From assembly GCA_002269645.1 (NCBI GenBank), contig NIVC01000985.1, forward strand, positions 124,001 to 188,000: 64,000 nucleotides of DNA. Direction: 5' to 3'. Position numbers and translations under genes: made by a program. This DNA comes from Macrostomum lignano (Eukaryota). Below are positions 60,761 through 64,000 of the stretch, in pieces; position 1 is the stretch's first letter; every line of letters starts with the position of its first letter. The notes beneath the pieces are model-generated. The model was given only the letters and a program-made list of their open reading frames with translations, was not told where the DNA came from and ran no database searches.

Positions 60761-61669
60761 ATAGATTGAGCTGCATCATGGCATTCCAGAAAATTTCGAT
60801 GTGCAACTCGTACTCACAAGTAGGATGCTCTAAGAATCCAGATCCGAGAAGAACAAAATTGGCTTTTCAAGTTCAGCGAGGCTGTTTTACTTGCAAAGCG
60901 ATTCTTTCCGAGTAAAATTATTAGTAACTTACCGAGTTATTAGTAAATTGAAGTAAAAGCTTATCTCACACTGGCTTGAGTCACTCCCTGAGTCCCCTGG
61001 ACTACATTTCAGCCCGCAGCCAGTCCTGACTTACAACCGAGACAGAGACGGGTGAAGCATTATTGATTGTTTTGCGCTTTGTGCATGAGTCTTGCTGGGC
61101 AGACCAGCTACCCACCCCCCCCCCCTCTAATACAGTTCGGTCAATACACCGAGCGTATACTGTGTCTATGCCCGCCACCATTCAGAAAATTGATCGCATA
61201 GTGCTCACAAGCTTCTCACTGAATAAAAAGATTAGAAAGGATTTGCGTCCATCAGATAATTGCCTTTTGAAGAATGAGGTTCAGACAGAAAACTACAAAG
61301 TCAGATAGATGAGATAGTTATTAGTTATTATGCTAATGGAATTTTTCTAGGCTAGCTATTGTATTGCTACGGAGCAGATGTATTTTCTTGTGCAGCCAAG
61401 CGCACTCTAGGCTTCCTCTTCGATTTGTGCTATTTTTTTGAGTGACACTCCTGTCATGGAGCCCGGCAGGGGACAGAAGCTATTTATTAGGTTACTAATT
61501 AAATCTCTGTAATCAATCAGTAAAGTGCGAGCTGCAAAGTTAACCAACAAACCAAATAGTTGGTGGGGCAATCAAAAACAGTCAAAAGGATTTGACAACT
61601 TTCCTGCCTAGATGATGCCACAGAAACAATAGATGAACCCTGAATGCAATTAGTCTCACGAACTGACTG

Positions 61670-64000
61670 GCTATTTGTCAGCTTGATTGGCTATTTATCA
61701 ACTTTATTGCTCTTTATCAGCTTGATTGGCTATTTATCAGCTTGATTGGCGTTTCATCAGCTTGATTGGCTATTTATCAGCTTGATTGACTATTTATCAG
61801 CTTGATTGGCTTTTTATCAGCTTGATTGGCTCTTTGTCAGCTTGATTGGCTATTTATCAGCTTGATTGGCTATTTATCAGCTTGATTGGCTATTTATCAG
61901 CTTGATTGACTATTTATCAGCTTGATTGGCTATTTATCAGCTTGATTGGCTCTTTATCAGCTTGATTGGCTCTTTATCAGCTTGATTGACTATTTATCAG
62001 CTTGATTGGCTATTTATCAGCTTGATTGGCTCTTTATCAGCTTGATTGGCTCTTTATCAGCTTGGTTGGCTATTTATCAGCTTGATTGACTATTTATCAG
62101 CTTGATTGGCTATTTATCAGCTTGATTGGCTATTTATCAGCTTGATTGGCTATTTATCAGCTTGATTGGCTCTTTATCAGCTTGATTGGCTATTTATCAA
62201 CTTGATTGGCTATTTATCAGCTTGATTGGCTCTTTATCAGCTTGATTGGCTCTTTATCAGATTGATTGGCTTTTTATCAGCTTGATTGACTATTTATCAG
62301 CTTGATTGACTATTTATCAGCTTGATTGGCTCTTTATCAGCTTGATTGGCTCTTTATCAGCTTGATTGGCTATTTATCAGCTTGATTGACTATTTATCAG
62401 CTTGATTGACTATTTATCAGCTTGATTGGCTCTTTATCAGCTTGATTGGCTCTTTATCAGCTTGATTGGCTCTTTATCAGCTTGATTGACTATTTACCAG
62501 CTTGATTGGCTCTTTATCAGCTTGATTGACTATTTATCAGCTTGATTGGCTATTTATCAGCTTGATTGACTATTTACCAGCTTGATTGACTATTTACCAG
62601 CTTGATTGACTATTTATCAGCTTGATTGGCTCTTTATCAGCTTGATTGACTATTTATCAACTTTATTGGCTTTTTATCAGCTTGATTGGCTTTTTATCAG
62701 CTTGATTGGCTTTTTATCAGATTTATTGGCTTTTTATCAGCTTGATCGGCATTTCATCAGCTTGATTGGCTCTTTATCAGATTGATTGACTATTTATCAG
62801 CTTGATTGGCATTTCATCAGCTTGATTGGCTTTTATCAGCTTAATTGGGTCTTTATCAGCTTGATTGACTTTTTATCAGCTTGACTGGCATTTCATCAGC
62901 TTGATTGACTATTTATCAGCTTGATTGGCTTTTTATCAGCTTGATTGACTTTTTATCAGCTTGATTGGCTTTTTATCAGATTTATTGGCTTTTTATCAGC
63001 TTGATCGGCATTTCATCAGCTTGATTGGCTCTTTATCAGATTGATTGACTATTTATCAGATTGATTGGCTTTTTATCAGATTTATTGGCTTTTTATCAGC
63101 TTGATTGGCATTTCATCAGCTTGATTGGCTTTTATCAGCTTAATTGGGTCTTTATCAGCTTGATTGACTATTTATCAGCTTGATCGGCATTTCATCAGCT
63201 TGATTGGCTCTTTATCAGCTTGATTGACTCTTTATCAGATTGATTGACTATTTATCAGCTTGATTGACTATTTATCAGCTTGATTAACTATTTATCAGCT
63301 TGATTGGCTCTTTATCAGCTTGATTGGCTCTTTATCAGCTTGATTGACTATTTATCAGCTTGATTGGCATTTCATCAGCTTGATTGACTCTTTATCAGCT
63401 TGATTGACTATTTATCAGCTTGATTGACTATTTACCAGCTTGATTGACTATTTACCAGCTTGATTGACTATTTATCAGCTTGATTGGCTCTTTATCAGCT
63501 TGATTGGCTCTTTATCAGCTTGATTGACTATTTATCAGCTTGATTGGCATTTCATCAGCTTGATTGACTCTTTATCAGCTTGATTGACTCTTTATCAGCT
63601 TGATTGGCTCTTTATCATCTTGATTGGCTTTTTATCAGATTTATTGGCTTTTTATCAGCTTGATCGGCATTTCATCAGCTTGATTGGCTATTTACCAGCT
63701 TGATTGACTCTTTATCAACTTGATTGGCTTTTTATCAGATTTATTGGCTTTTTATCAGCTTGATCGGCATTTCATCAGCTTGATTGGCTCTTTATCAGCT
63801 TGATTGGCTCTTTATCAGCTTGATTGACTATTTATCAGCTTGATTGGCTCTTTATCAGCTTGATTGACTATTTATCAGCTTGATTGGCTCTTTATCATCT
63901 TGATTGGCTTTTTATCAGATTTATTGGCTTTTTATCAGCTTGATCGGCATTTCATCAGCTTGATTGGCTCTTTATCAGCTTGATTGGCTCTTTATCAGCT
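61670..64000. repeat. 20-bp minisatellite running off the window end
   Basis: Tandem TTTATCAGCTTGATTG(G/A)CT(A/C/T). Confidence 0.97.

Noticed and set aside
34809-60915. Repeat-derived ORFs (TYLP, QMCCRCVADVL, HVHSLR, LSHCLPVS, ATLHWL and others)
   Set aside because: They are stop-free translations of micro- and minisatellites, with no sign of being exons.
790-64000. Regularly spaced repeats as CRISPR arrays
   Set aside because: Units are directly tandem with no unique spacers, there are no cas genes, and the context is eukaryotic with introns.

Overview
Eukaryotic (metazoan) genomic DNA with GC-rich exons, AT-rich introns and intergenic DNA, and about 20 long minisatellite arrays, each with its own unit. 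This architecture resembles the free-living flatworm Macrostomum; that is an inference, not confirmed. Six genes are supported. On the minus strand: EXOSC4/Rrp41 (first coding exon only, rest outside the window), ELP2 (4 exons), a SAMD1-like winged-helix+SAM gene, an orphan peptide-type rhodopsin GPCR split by an N-gap, and an ABHD14-like hydrolase (3 exons). On the plus strand: a two-exon tyramine/octopamine receptor. Mobile DNA includes a tRNA-derived CORE-type SINE, other tRNA-headed SINE fragments, a 5'-truncated LINE 3' end and several MITE-like inverted-repeat elements. There is no CRISPR array and no intact RNA gene. The most interesting signal is that ELP2 has no in-frame ATG: its conserved N-terminus starts exactly at a phase-0 splice acceptor, as expected if a flatworm spliced leader supplies the AUG, possibly within a SAMD1-ELP2-EXOSC4 co-oriented, operon-like cluster. 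Other notable points: a GC splice donor in EXOSC4; substituted CpG-contact residues in the SAMD1 winged helix; minisatellites that sit next to exon boundaries; and a false gap whose two flanks differ by one base, which suggests that the frameshifts in three genes are assembly errors rather than pseudogenes.
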